In this document: piece after piece, positions 1 to 11,551 of the stretch | Layout: every line of letters starts with the position of its first letter | How positions within the stretch are numbered: position 1 is the first letter of the stretch | Source: Octopus sinensis | Taxonomy: Eukaryota | Assembly (NCBI RefSeq): GCF_006345805.1 | Contig: NW_021823817.1 | Location: 1-20,969 of the forward strand | Reading direction: 5' to 3' | Length of the DNA: 20,969 nt | The notes under the pieces: model-generated | The model's input: the letters and a program-made list of their open reading frames with translations, nothing else | Database searches by the model: none | What the model was told of the DNA's origin: nothing | Made by a program: the position numbers and the translations under genes

Positions 1-116
1 GGTATGTAACAGTTACTAGAAGTACTAAAAGAAAGCACAATTCTATATTTAAGAGATGAGAAATTTTGTACATTATGTACATTTGACGGATATTTGTCCT
101 CATCTTTTTTGTAGTT

Positions 117-160
117 AACACAACATTTCGGCTGATATATTCCAGCCTTCATCAGGTGTC
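117..160 (-). ncRNA. Minimal type I hammerhead ribozyme motif (CUGAUGA core)
   Basis: GACAC-CTGATGA-A-GGCTG-gaatatat-CAGCC-GAAA-t-GTT-GTGTT. Stem I is GACAC/GTGTT and stem II is GGCTG/CAGCC. This copy has GAAAT instead of GAAAC. Confidence 0.7.
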
Positions 161-206
161 TTAGGGAATTTCGAATCTGGGTTCTCATTCCTAAGGTATT
201 TTTCGA

Positions 207-217
207 TGTTGTTGTTG

Positions 218-261
<44 letters not shown>
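207..261. repeat. (TGT)n(TAT)n microsatellite
   Basis: Read directly. Confidence 0.95.
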
Positions 262-265
<4 letters not shown>

Positions 266-893
266 TCACTGCTTGGAATCGAACTTGGAATCTTGGGGTT
301 AGTAGCCCACGCTCTTAACCACTAAACCATTTGGGTTGACCGTCTGGAAATATATTTTATAAATTCATGTTCTAAGTAAATTTCCTATAATTTCGGTTTC
401 TCAATTTTATTGAATTTTTTAGCTCCAATTTCTCGCAAATTTAAATAGTCATTGTATTCACTGCATCCAATTCTTCACAGATTTAAATAGTCATTGCATT
501 TACTGCAGAGTTACAATTTTTCTTTTAAGTTTTCTTTCGCTATTTGGAAAACTGATAGTTTATTCTATTAATGAATACGTAATGTAAAAACATTATTTAT
601 TGAATGAAAACTTTTTAAACTACCCGTATAATTTTTGAACGCGGGATAGCTGTGAGAAGAGCCTAGAAAGTTGGGTAATTACTATTAGAAGACGAGGAAA
701 AAAAATTACCGACAAATGTTCGAAACTTGCACCTTATTCACAGTTTCCAAACATTCTATATACCACTAAACCAATATATACACAAACAAGAGGAAGGTTG
801 TCTTTGGATGTGTTAGAATCGCCCTTAAATCACTTAGAGTATGCGTTCCAGTTTGGTGACGGTAGGGTTGGGACAAGTCATAACCATTAATAT

Positions 894-962
<69 letters not shown>
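894..962. repeat. (CTAT)n microsatellite
   Basis: Read directly. Confidence 0.95.
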
Positions 963-963
963 A

Positions 964-1126
964 GGCGCAGTAGTGGCTGTGTGGTAAATAGCTTGTTCAC
1001 TAACCACAAGGTTCCGGGTTCAGTCCCACTACGTGGAACCTTGGACAAATGTCTTCTACTATAACCTCCGACCGATCAAAGCCTTGTGAGTGGATTTGGT
1101 AGACGGAAACTGAAAGAGGCCTGTCG

Positions 1127-1162
<36 letters not shown>

Positions 1163-1423
1163 GCATGTGTATATACATATATATGTGTGTATGTGTGTGT
1201 GTGGGTGTGTGCATGTGTGTGCGTGTGTGTGTTTGTGCTTTCCTCCAGCATCGCTTGACAACCGATGCTGGTGTCTTTACGTCCCCGTAACTTAGCGGTT
1301 CGGAAAAAATGAGACCGATAGAATAAATACTAGGCTTAAATAGAGCAATTCCTGGGGTCGATTTGCTCGACTAAAGGCGGTGCCCATGGCTGCCGCAGCC
1401 AAATAACAGAAACAATTTAAAGA

Positions 1424-1426
<3 letters not shown>
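964..1426 (+). mobile_element. tRNA-derived SINE family A with internal (TA)n/(TG)n
   Basis: A box TGGCTGTGTGG (974-984) and B-box-like GGTTCAGTCC (1017-1026). Homologous inverted copies lie at 10720-11124 and 15795-16128. Confidence 0.85.
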
Positions 1427-1472
<46 letters not shown>

Positions 1473-2016
1473 TATATATACATATATGTATGTATAGTAA
1501 CATACAATAAGATTTGATAATAATATATTAATAATATATTAATATGTTAGGATATATTAAATACATTATAATATAGGTGATTATAACATTTAAAATCAAA
1601 ACGGTAAGATTAATAAACGAAGGCGCAAAATAACACCTACAATTGCTAGAAACGAGAGCCAAAATTTAGTTCGAACAACCACACAAAAGCCCTAACCTCA
1701 TGAAATATTTGGGACTGCGAGCAGCAAGCCACGACATATTTTGTTGGCGAGATACACACTCAGAATGAAGTAGTTTGATAAAACCTTATCACGTGATTTC
1801 GAAATTTGATCAATATAAACAAACTTGATTCTCGTCAGAGATTTCTACAATTTGAAATATATTCCTTTATGTACACTGATTTGTTCTGCTTTTTTTATGT
1901 TTAACCCTACAGTCTCTTATGTGGTGGCTTAATAAAGTATGAGATTGAGTATTATCTGGTAATTGATATTTGATTTAATGTATTTCTCCATTTCTTATCT
2001 TGTCTAATATAAATAA

Positions 2017-2023
<7 letters not shown>

Positions 2024-2091
<68 letters not shown>

Positions 2092-2160
2092 ATATATATA
2101 TATATATATATATGCATATATACATATATGCACATACTACACATATATGTATATATCATG
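2024..2160. repeat. (TA)n-rich microsatellite
   Basis: Read directly. Confidence 0.9.
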
Positions 2161-2167
2161 CATCTAT

Positions 2168-2682
2168 GGGTACAGGAAATAAGAAAACAAAATCATGGAA
2201 AACGAACTTATTTCGAACAACGAAAGAAACAAATAGAGAAACGAGACAGGCAACATAAAGAACAATCCCTTCATCAGTTGTTCCCTGTTTTATCTACTCC
2301 GTGTTCCGAACGTTGGGACAAGACGCGACTTCGTTAAAACAGTCCTTCCTGGAAAGCAAACTGAATAAAATTTGGGATTTGCGGAGGGTTAAAGTGGTAA
2401 CAAAAGCAGGACAGTAAGAACAAAACAGTAAAAATAAACGGTAAGGGTTGTTAAGCCATAACGAGGTGAAGTGGTTAACGCTGGAGAGACGAGCTTAACA
2501 GGAGACAGGCAGATATGTATACCTGCGTCCTTCACTAAATTACCATTAGTGTCTAAGAGGCAAAGTCTCGGTCTATTGCATGTCTTCGGCACGGTAGAAG
2601 CCCACAGCAGGGTTTCACTGTATCGGGAGATTTTGCGCAAAAGATGATCATTCTCGATATTGAGTTGGTAAGTACAGTCATA
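2168..2682 (-). mobile_element. Possible interspersed repeat fragment (perhaps Penelope-derived) between (TA)n and (CA)n
   Basis: Non-repetitive block sharply bounded by microsatellites, with CTGATGA at 2277-2271 and a pyrimidine-rich minus-strand tail. No convincing protein motif. Confidence 0.3.
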
Positions 2683-2917
2683 CACACGTTCACACACACA
2701 CACACACGCACGCGCACACATTTCTGTGTGTGCGGATGTGCGTAATGTGTGTATGTTTGTACATGTTTATATACACACATTCATATATATATACACATAT
2801 TAACATGTATAATATATTTAAGCGAATATGTATATGTATATAATGTATTCAATGAAACACTGTTGATTGAAGACTTACTATGTCTGTCCGGCTGCCTATC
2901 TATAAAAACATATATAG

Positions 2918-2948
<31 letters not shown>

Positions 2949-3329
2949 CATACATACATACATACATACATACATACATGGTGGCTGCCCCCTCGTTATC
3001 GAGTATGGCCATTGCACGAAGCTTAATGTTGTTATCGTGCAATGCCTGTGCAAGAAGATTTTTTTCAAAGTGAAGAAAGGCTGTGCACAGAGTCAATCCC
3101 ACTCACTAAGCAACAGCAGCCAGAATCCAAAAAGAAGAACAAGTCAACATCATCGGTAACCACTGAGCCGCAGGTTTTATGCCGGAGTTATCCCAGTTAC
3201 CTGAGTTACCTTCTCCTAGAAGGATGCCCTAACAAAGGCTAGGAGTCCTTCACTCCCAATGGTTTAACCGCACGATCGGGTATTCAGTCCGATTATTTCT
3301 ATGTCCCCGCGCATGATACAGCCTTAAGA
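2918..3329 (-). mobile_element. Short non-autonomous RTE-derived element with (ATGT)n tail
   Basis: Minus strand ends ...CATACTCGATAACGAGGGGGCAGCCACC(ATGT)n, resembling an RTE 3' end. The segment CCTTCTCCTAGAAGGATGCCCT near 3209 resembles the antisense of an RTE 5'UTR. Both resemblances are from memory. Confidence 0.45.
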
Positions 3330-3919
3330 CATACATACATACATACATACATACATACATACATACATACATACATACATACATACATCATACATACATA
3401 CATACATATACATGTGTGCGCACACAAATATACACTTAGATATATATAGACATACATATACGCATACATACAAATATTTATACACATACATTCATTCATA
3501 TATATATATATATGTATGTATGTTTGTATGTATGTATGTATGTATATTATGTATGTATGTATGTATGTATATATATATACAAACACATACCTACCTACCT
3601 ACCTACCTACCTACCTACCTACATACCTACCTACCTACATACCTACCTACCTACCTACATACATACATACATACATACATACATACATACACACACATAC
3701 ATACATACATACATACATACATACATACATACATACATACATACATACATACATACCTACCTACCTACCTACCTACATACATACATACATATATACATAC
3801 ATACACACACCATACATACATACATACATACATACATACATACATACATACATACATACATACACACCATACATACATACATACATATATATTTATAATA
3901 TATGTATATACACACTCAC

Positions 3920-3971
<52 letters not shown>

Positions 3972-4003
3972 ATATATATATATGCATTTATATACATACA
4001 TAT
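3329..4003. repeat. Compound (TACA)n/(TGTA)n/(TACC)n/(TA)n microsatellite
   Basis: Read directly. It explains the YIHT/YLPT ORFs. Confidence 0.95.
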
Positions 4004-4669
4004 GATGTTTTAGCGTTGGCTCGCTGAACGCCATTTCGTTACAAAATTGATGAGAACTAAAATAACCAATAACTATAAAATAAAAATCTATAAATTGTGT
4101 GATAATCATAGAAGCGTCCAATAATAAGCAATGCGGTGCGCAAGAGTTGAGCAAGTGCAACATATACGAGAGAATTTATGTGGCATGCTTAGGCCTATAG
4201 GTCAGCGGATTTCTGGATTTTCCGGTTTCCTGACCCAAGGCTAAATATATACTGAGTATCGTAATTATGTATTAATGATGATCTTTTCATTGTTTTTGAA
4301 ATTATTAAACCAACACTAACATGTAATTAATGATGAATACAAACATCAGTCGTTCGGCTTCTTCTATTTTATGATCGTCATCTAAGTTATGATTTTAATA
4401 TGTCTACAGTCTACTCTTAAAACTAAGACAATGTTAGAATATAAAATACACAGCAAACAGTGATGACTAAATGTGCGTTGTGCACCGTTGCTGCTGTTTT
4501 ATGCAAAAAGCAATAAAGAAAGCAAGCGGGTAATTAGAAATTAATTAGTAATTAATTTAAAAGTCATACTGGGATCCAACGTTGGGCAACGATAGCAACC
4601 TGTAAATATTAGAGGCCTTTAAGCCTGTGACTAATAGCTATACAAAGAATGCTGAGGAATTACGAGAAA

Positions 4670-5524
4670 GTTAAAGAATTGGCAAACAAGCTTCATTCAA
4701 GCCAAACAACTGTTCGCTGCCATCTTCAACAGCTTGGAAAGGTCCCAAAACTCAGAAAATACGTATCTCACGATTTGTCCGAAGCCAATCGCAAATCCTG
4801 AGTGGACATCTGCTCTTCTCTTCATTCTCATGAACTCATATCGCTTTTTTTTTTTGGACAGCCTGGTAACTGGTGATGAAAAATAGGTCTTTTATCAAAA
4901 TGTCAGCGTCGTAGACATTGGCTTGGTGAAGGGAAAAAGGTCCAACCGCAACCGAAAAGGGAACTCCATGCGAAGAAGGTTCTTCTCATTGCTTGGTAGG
5001 ACTGCAAAGGAGTCATCCACTTATAGTTGCTATCAACTAATGCAACAATCAATGCTCAAATCTACTCTCAGTGATTAGAGAGTTTAAATGCTGCTTTGAA
5101 GAAAAAGAGCCCTGCTTTAGAGAATCGAAAGTGAGTGGTGTTTCATCAGGACAATGCAAGACCCTCACACGGCAAGGATCACGTCACAGAAGATCGAGGA
5201 ACTTGGCTGGGAGAAAATTGCTCATCCGCTTTATTCCCCAGAACTTGCTCTTCCAGATTACCATTTGTTCCGTAGTTTACAGAATTATTGGGATGGATTA
5301 ACTCTCGAAACAACTGAGGAAGTCGAAACTGACCTTTCAGAGTTCTTCCCTTCGAAACCGAAACAGTTTTTCACTAATGAGATTAAAAAGTTTACGAGCA
5401 GATGGAAAGATCTCATAGATAATCATAGAAACTATATTGATGATCAAATCTCATTAAAATGTAAGATTTCATCACTTGTTTTCCTTATTTAAACTCTGGA
5501 TATTACTTATGGGATGACCTGATA
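4670..5524 (+). mobile_element. Mariner (DD34D) transposon remnant with pseudogenised transposase and 3' TIR
   Basis: Motifs across frames: KYVSHDL (WVPHEL-like), LVTGDEK*, KKVLLIAW*D, VFHQDNARPH, HPLYSPELALPDYHLFRSLQN, RWKDLIDNHRNYIDD. Multiple stops and frameshifts. Ends ATTACTTATGGGATGACCTGA+TA. Confidence 0.92.
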
Positions 5525-5741
5525 GATCCATAGAGCCAGTTTTCCTGATTCTGTGGCGTATATATTTTGACCTGGATGGGACGCTGGTCTGTCGCGGGAT
5601 TCCTTATTTTTGCCAACTGGGTTGAGAGGAGTAACGTGAAAGGAAATGCTTTGCTCAAGAACACAACACACCGCCCAGTCCAGGAATCGAAATCAAAGTG
5701 TTATGATCGTAAGTGCAACACCATAACCATTAAGCCACACA
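5525..5741 (-). mobile_element. tRNA-derived SINE family C (Meta/V-domain-like core)
   Basis: Minus strand has A box TGGCTTAATGG, B-box-like ATTTCGATTCC, then CTTGAGCAAAGCA and GCGACAGACCAGCGTCCCATCCAGG. Confidence 0.7.
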
Positions 5742-6164
5742 CATCACTTTTCGTATATTGATGTCAAATGATCTATTTTGTCGAATTTTTTTTGTCAGTA
5801 TTACTCGGAGGGATTATTCAGACATTTATATAATGAAAACTTTATTTTGAAGACCGAAAGAAAAGATACAGAGACCTAGAACTGATAGCGAAAACTTCAT
5901 GACATGTCCTGGTTGGTTTGAAGGCTTCACGAATCTCTCAAAATTGCAATTGCATAACATACAGGAAATTGGTAAGTATACAAGTACTGGGAAAGAATCC
6001 ACAGCTACATATCCAGTTTCACCAAAAAAATTATTGTTGACAAAGAAGGATAGGCACGGCATCAAATCTTTAACGCAAGCGAGGAAGCATGATCTGGGAC
6101 TTATGTTTTAAAAGAAGAAAATAAAACAACTCCAGGGTTCAAGGCTACGAAGACCATATGACTC

Positions 6165-6655
6165 TTAGTGGCTTCATCCTCTGTCACAAGATCAAGAAAA
6201 AAAAAAGAGTTTTCTTTGCTTCAATTGCTTCCAGCAGATTAGCAGATCAGAGCAGACTCCTCCCCTTCTTTCCTTCAATTTGAGTTGTCAGCAGTCGATG
6301 TACATATTTTGCGTACACTTTCCGATATCCAACGTCTTTCAGCATCTATAATACATTGTGATCACAGTCCAATTGCACAGCAAACTCACAGACTGTCATT
6401 CATCTGTCTGCGCATATTAGTTCGTCTGCTCACTGGTAATTCCTGTCATTGGTCGCAATAAATGGTCTCCCACGGTGCAGTTTGTCTCCAAAGCTGATTT
6501 CTCTTCCTTCAAAGGTTTTCCTCCATTCGTGCACATTACTGCTGCCAGTAGAGTAATTTCCGTAGACAACCTGTAAGTCTTCTGTGGATGTCGGATAGTC
6601 TGTAACCCTACTTCGTCAAGACCTAAATGATGGCACGCTGCTTCTGCTTGGAACT
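6165..6655 (-). mobile_element. Mariner transposase remnant (N-terminal half)
   Basis: KQRAII...DIHRRL/VYGNYSTGSSNVHEWRKTFEG...DKLHRGRP...ADELICADR*MTVCEFA...GYRKVYAKYVHRLLT...LVTEDE, with stops and frameshifts. Confidence 0.8.
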
Positions 6656-6821
6656 CAGTATTTACGTGCAATATAAACGAACAGGAAGAAGACTTGCTAT
6701 ACAGGAAAAATTACTCTACTAACATGTACAATTTGAACGATCTATATTACTTAATAAAAATGTTATGCTTACTTTTGCAGTATATTCTGGATAGTCTTCA
6801 TACGTATGAATGTATGTATGT

Positions 6822-7155
6822 CTTCAGGGGTGTGATCCTTGCCCTACGAGACCCAAGACTTTATAGTTCTTTGCTATTTTTTGAATCAGCACCCTACACC
6901 TCTGTTGCAAGATTTAGCCACAAGGTGTTCTGCATTTTCCGCAGAGTACGCTGTGCATCAATCAGTATTATCTTGCTTAGACTCTTCGTTTAGTTGTCCT
7001 TTCTGTGCCCCTGATAGATTTTTCTGCAAGAGGCGGTCGCTTATATTGTTCTTGGGGATAAGAATCTCGCTTATTGCTTGGTCATTTTCATCAAACCAGT
7101 CCCGAGATTTGATGGAAACTGTACCAACTACGTTCTTTGTGGCATTGTAGTTTTG
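6822..7155 (-). mobile_element. RTE-clade LINE ORF fragment (endonuclease-RT linker)
   Basis: KSRDWFDENDQAISEIL...AQRTLRKMQNTLWLNLATEV*GADSKNSKEL...ITPLK matches the RTE 'DWFDEND' linker. Confidence 0.8.
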
Positions 7156-7394
7156 ATCACGCGTTCCCTTCCCTGGTTTGGAATACGTTACTGTACTAAG
7201 TCTGTCGACAGGAAGAAGGTTAAGGTATAGATTGTATGTGTTAGCTGGCTGGTTTCTTTTTTTTTGAAAACTCCACCTTTTCTAAATTGTCACTTTGGCA
7301 TTTACTGACAAAGACACAAACACCAATTATTGGTGGTGTATGTTAATAAATGCTACTTCTGATAATCATTGATGATTTCTCCTGATAGCCTTAC

Positions 7395-7970
7395 GCCCAA
7401 CATCAGTAAAAGATGCATCTTAAAAACTGGTCTTCTTCTTCAAGACCAACTCATTACCTCAAACGCCGAACGATTGATGACCCGTTACGAAAATCACGCG
7501 AGATCCACAACAAAATACTGTTTCTGTATTTAGAAAGATGTTATTGCAAACAAAAATAACTTGTACCACATCAAAAAGAAAGTCATTCGACTGTTCTCAA
7601 GAACTGACTTAACAAACTCACTCCAACACCTAATCCACAATCACTCCGACTCCACAATCTTCCTCTTCAACAATTATTACAACGGTTCCAACTCTTATGA
7701 GTAGAGGATGGTGTAATGACGGTGTCCAGATACCATCTTCATGGGTGGAACTGATATCTGAATACCACCTCCAAACATGCCTATTTCACTCATCCGGCAC
7801 TCTTTCTTTTTCCCCCTACCTGCGTCTTCCTTCTTAAACCCCTAACGGCATGCCTTATTGTTTTTGTTTTTTTTTACCAGAACTTCAAACCTTTAGAATT
7901 CCATTTCCGACCTGGTTTTCACTTGCAGGCGTCTCTCCACCATCAAAAATTCGATGAGGTCTATATTAAC
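7395..7970 (+). mobile_element. Degenerate LINE RT C-terminal fragment (CR1/L2/Jockey group)
   Basis: RYENHARSTTKYC...LYHIKKKVIRLF...LTNSLQHLIH...FLFNNYYNG...FFTRTSNL*NSI resembles LYKxxVRPxMEYC...IQKRAIRL...FFPRTxxLWNSL. Confidence 0.6.
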
Positions 7971-8288
7971 TCCCTCACCCCACCCACAAAATACAACCTG
8001 GTTTTATAAAGTAGCACAAATTTCTTCAGGCCTACGGTAAGAATCGAACTCATCATTATTTGTTAACACACTATTTTACATCCATACATTCCTACATTTA
8101 TATCAGTTTTTGTTCTTGCTTTGAACGCGGAAGTGTCTGTGTTTTGGTGTTAATCTATTTACAGGCACAAAAAGCAGTTCTACTGAAATTTAAGTGATCT
8201 GGTAAATCCTAATGGCGTAATGAAGTGCCGAGGAAATGTTACGAACAATCAACCTCTCGTACAGCCGCAGGCTGCCCTGTTCACTCAC

Positions 8289-8351
8289 CCACATACGCTT
8301 TTAGCTCAACAGCAGCATCATACTTTGGCCAAATGCTCGACTTTGGTATTT
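8289..8351 (-). other. Candidate 63-nt exon of an unidentified host gene
   Basis: Pyrimidine-rich CTAAT...CTAG acceptor and TGG|GTGAGT donor. The single open frame reads (E)IPKSSIWPKYDAAVELKAYV(G). Confidence 0.2.
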
Positions 8352-8671
8352 CTAGTTGAAGCAGCATTAGAATGAAGAGAATTTCCTTGTCAAAGTGTGA
8401 GACTAAGTCGCTGACATTAGGGTACACACACACACACGCATGTACACAAACACGTACACACACACACGTACACACACACACACACACACATACAAACAAA
8501 CACGCACACATACATACATACACATGTGTGTGTGTGCGCGCGCGTGCATAAAAGGAAGAGAGGGACAGTAAAAGAAGGCTGTGTTGAATTGCATTGTAGT
8601 ATAGGTTGATGACTGGAATAACGAACAAGAAGACACAGAAGTTTGACATCGTAGTTTGACTTCGTAGAAAT

Positions 8672-9035
8672 AAGAAACGTTAGCACAGCGGACAAAATGC
8701 TTAGAGGAATTTCGTCCGGCTTTTAGTTCCAAGTTCAAATTCCGTCAAGACCAACTTTACCGCTCATCCTTCCCGGGTTGATAAATTAGTACCAATTGAT
8801 TAGGAGGGGGTACGATGTAATTGACTTACCCCGTTCCCAATAGCTTGCTGCCCTTGGGCCAAAATTTGAAAGCGTTATTATAATTATGTTGAAGGTGGTA
8901 AACTCCGTTGAGGTCGATTTTGTCTTTCATCCTTCCGGGGCTTGATAAAATAAGCACCAGTTAAGCGCCGGGGTCGATGCAGTTCCCCTTCCCCTCAAAA
9001 TTTCAGGCCTTGTGCTCTGTTATAGAAAGCAATTA
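8672..9035 (+). mobile_element. SINE family B, two diverged tandem units
   Basis: GAAACGTTAGCAC...GTTCAAATTCC...CATCCTTCC(C)GGG...GATAAA...ACCA..., homologous to 12221-12621. Confidence 0.8.
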
Positions 9036-9691
9036 TTAATATTATTATTAGGCTGCTGTTCGGAAAATAGAATTTGCTGGAAGGTCTTTAGTTTAGATCA
9101 TTTTAAAACATTGAATTTATACCAGAAATGTAGGGACCGCAATGTGCCAAATGGGTAAAATAAAAGGGGGTAATAATAATAATAACAACAACAACAATTG
9201 AAATACTAATAACAATAACAAAATAAAGAATAACGTCTATACAGCCACCAGTGGAATATTCTGGAAGAAGTGAAAGAACGAAATGTTTTTTTTAAAAATA
9301 AAACAAACAAATGAGAAAAAAAAAAAACGAAATAAAGGAAAGGAATTTTGTGGGCGTTGAAAAAGATATTTCCTAATGTTTGGTTAACTCGGAGGAATAA
9401 AGAATGACTTTGTTGATATTGTCACAGAGTTTTTACTCCATTTTGTTAGAATTAGGGTGGAGTTGGGGGAAGAAAATGGTGGTTCGGAATTCGGAAAGTG
9501 GTTTGGATGTCTGTGGCGGTAGAATGGCAATGTGGTGTGTGCGTGTTACGATGTTGCGAAGGCGGCTGCGACCTGGTGGCGGTGGTGGTGGTGGTTGGAT
9601 GGTGGTAGGTGGGTGGTTGCAGTGAGGTGAAAACAACTGTTCTATTTCTTTTCCCTTCTGTGCGCGCGCCCGCCCGTGCATATATACAAAG

Positions 9692-9724
<33 letters not shown>

Positions 9725-9847
9725 TATACGTACGCAAGTACATGCATACATGTGTGTGTGTGAGTGTGTATTTGTGTGTGTGTGTATGTGTAATTACATT
9801 CATATATATATACATATATATATACACACATAAGTACTTACACAGAC

Positions 9848-9964
9848 GCACATGTCTGTAGATGGAGAATGACGGAGACGGAGAAGGCAGACAAGGAACA
9901 TTAGAAGGAGGAAGAAGGAAACGCGTGTTGGTAAATGATACGATTTGTGCGGGGGTGTATGAAT

Positions 9965-9968
<4 letters not shown>
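9848..9968. repeat. ~120-bp dispersed repeat, copy 1
   Basis: Shares GAGAAGGCAGACAAGGAACATTAGAAG..GAAGAAGGAAACGCGTGTT..ACGATTTGTGCGGGGGTGTATGAATG with 14008-14129. Confidence 0.85.
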
Positions 9969-10054
<86 letters not shown>

Positions 10055-10064
10055 TGTGTGTGTG
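9968..10064. repeat. (TA)n(TG)n microsatellite
   Basis: Read directly. Confidence 0.95.
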
Positions 10065-10377
10065 CAAGGGGGGTGCGTTTGTGCATGCATCTATATAGGT
10101 GTATGTGTATATGTGTATGAACGAGAATGCGCATATAGATATGTGTCAATGTGTATGTGTATGTGTGTATGTATGTGTGTATGGGTGCGTGTGTGTGTTT
10201 AGCTCTCAGCCAATTAGCCGATCGTCAATACATACATGACCATCGCAAGTGAGTCGCAACCACACGCACCACACACACGCACAAACATACACAACTAAAT
10301 GGAAGCGTAACGTTTGGGTTTTACTTTATTCCCCATATTTCATTTCAGTTTCTTGACTGTTGTTAAATCAGAAACAC

Positions 10378-10423
<46 letters not shown>

Positions 10424-10424
10424 A

Positions 10425-10455
<31 letters not shown>

Positions 10456-10502
10456 AACGCACATACGCACGCGCACACACACACACTATATATATATATT
10501 TA

Positions 10503-10685
10503 TTGATCGCTAGCCACTAAACCTTTCTAAACCTTTCTGTTTATTTCAGTGTTCCTTTTTGTCGAAGAGCGCAGGCTCGAAACATAAATGACTTTCTGAC
10601 CCTCCCGAGCGTTCTAATACATCTGTTTGTTGTCTACACACCCGTCTTCGTCTTTTGTTTTGCATTTTTGTAAATTCCATTTTTA
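10503..10685 (+). mobile_element. Short hammerhead-bearing element (Penelope pLTR/retrozyme-like), degenerate copy
   Basis: Homologous to 18618-18797 (GATCGyTAGCCAC..., GAAGAGCGyAGGCTCGAAAC, CACACCyGTCTTCGTCTTTTGTTTT). Flanked by (TA)n. Confidence 0.7.
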
Positions 10686-10719
10686 TATATACATATATTC
10701 TTTTATTCTTTTCTTTTTC

Positions 10720-11124
10720 TTTTACTTCTTTTAGTCATTTCATTGCGGTCGTGCTGGAGCACCACCTTTAGTCGAACAAATCAACCCCAGGACGTATACA
10801 TTGTAAGCCTAGTACTCATTCTATCGGTTCCTTTTTGCCCATCAGTTAATGTTAATGTTAGGGGACGTGAACACACCAACATCGGTTGTCAAACGAAGCT
10901 GTTGACAAACACAGACACACAAACATATACATACACATACATATGTATATATATGCATGCATTATATATATATATATATATATATATATACGACGAGCTT
11001 CTTGCAGCTTCCGTCTATCCAATCCACTCAAAAGCCTTTGAGCGGCTATAGTAGAAGACACTCACTCAATGTGCCATGCAGTAGGACTGAACCCGGAACT
11101 ATGTGGTTGGTAAGCAAGCTATTT
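10720..11124 (-). mobile_element. SINE family A
   Basis: Reverse complement of 964-1426, including the internal microsatellite. Confidence 0.85.
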
Positions 11125-11223
11125 ATAAAGCACGATTTATTCGTGATAAGAGGGGTTCATAAACCGAGGTAGTGCTGTATGTGTATATGTATATATATAT
11201 ATATATATAATATATATATACTA

Positions 11224-11450
11224 AGCAATTAAGGGTTTAGCAACGAATTGCCTCACCACACACCGAATTTAGAAATAGCAGTCAAAGAGATATAGCTATT
11301 CTTCTACTAAAAGGGAGATCTCAGTAAAAACACAGCACTGTGTTTTTACTGAGATCTCCCTTTTAGTAGAAGGAATAGCTATATCTCTTTGACTGCTATT
11401 TCTAAATTCGGTGTGTGGTGAGGCAATTCGTTGCTAAACCCTTAATTGCT
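11224..11450. repeat. Near-perfect long inverted repeat (112/113-bp arms, 2-nt spacer)
   Basis: 11224-11335 is the reverse complement of 11338-11450 apart from one single-base indel. The centre is CACAG-CA-CTGTG. Confidence 0.97.
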
Positions 11451-11551
11451 AAGTATTACTTAAATTTTCCTCGAATGAGGCTTTTACATGCCGAAATCTA
11501 CTTGGTGTAATTAATAATTATTCCAAATTAATTGATTTCACCCTTTATTGT

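Larger units (their letters stand above)
38..335 (-). mobile_element. tRNA-headed SINE-like element with internal (AAT/AAC)n and a 3' hammerhead motif
   Basis: Minus strand has A box TGGTTTAGTGG (329-319) and B box GTTCGATTCC (284-275), then a microsatellite, then the hammerhead motif at 160-117. The 3' boundary is approximate. Confidence 0.7.

Noticed and set aside
262-335. Functional tRNA gene
   Set aside because: A and B boxes are present, but there is no pairing acceptor stem and the sequence continues into a repeat body.
1620-1870. Very degenerate GIY-YIG remnant
   Set aside because: The resemblance is too weak to support by eye.
2200-2300. CTGATGA on the minus strand as another hammerhead
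   Set aside because: No stem II closed by an adjacent GAAA could be built.
3299-4163. Long ORFs (up to 186 aa) rich in YIHT/YLPT, and similar YI/CV/HT ORFs elsewhere
   Set aside because: They are translations of stop-free microsatellites, not genes.
4181-4290. Left TIR of the mariner, or the other half of a split family C SINE
   Set aside because: No convincing reverse complement of the 3' TIR, and the SINE-tail-like piece overlaps rather than complements the part at 5525.
5826-6111. 70-79 aa ORFs as a host exon or further transposase
   Set aside because: No recognisable motif or clear splice sites. BLASTX would be needed.
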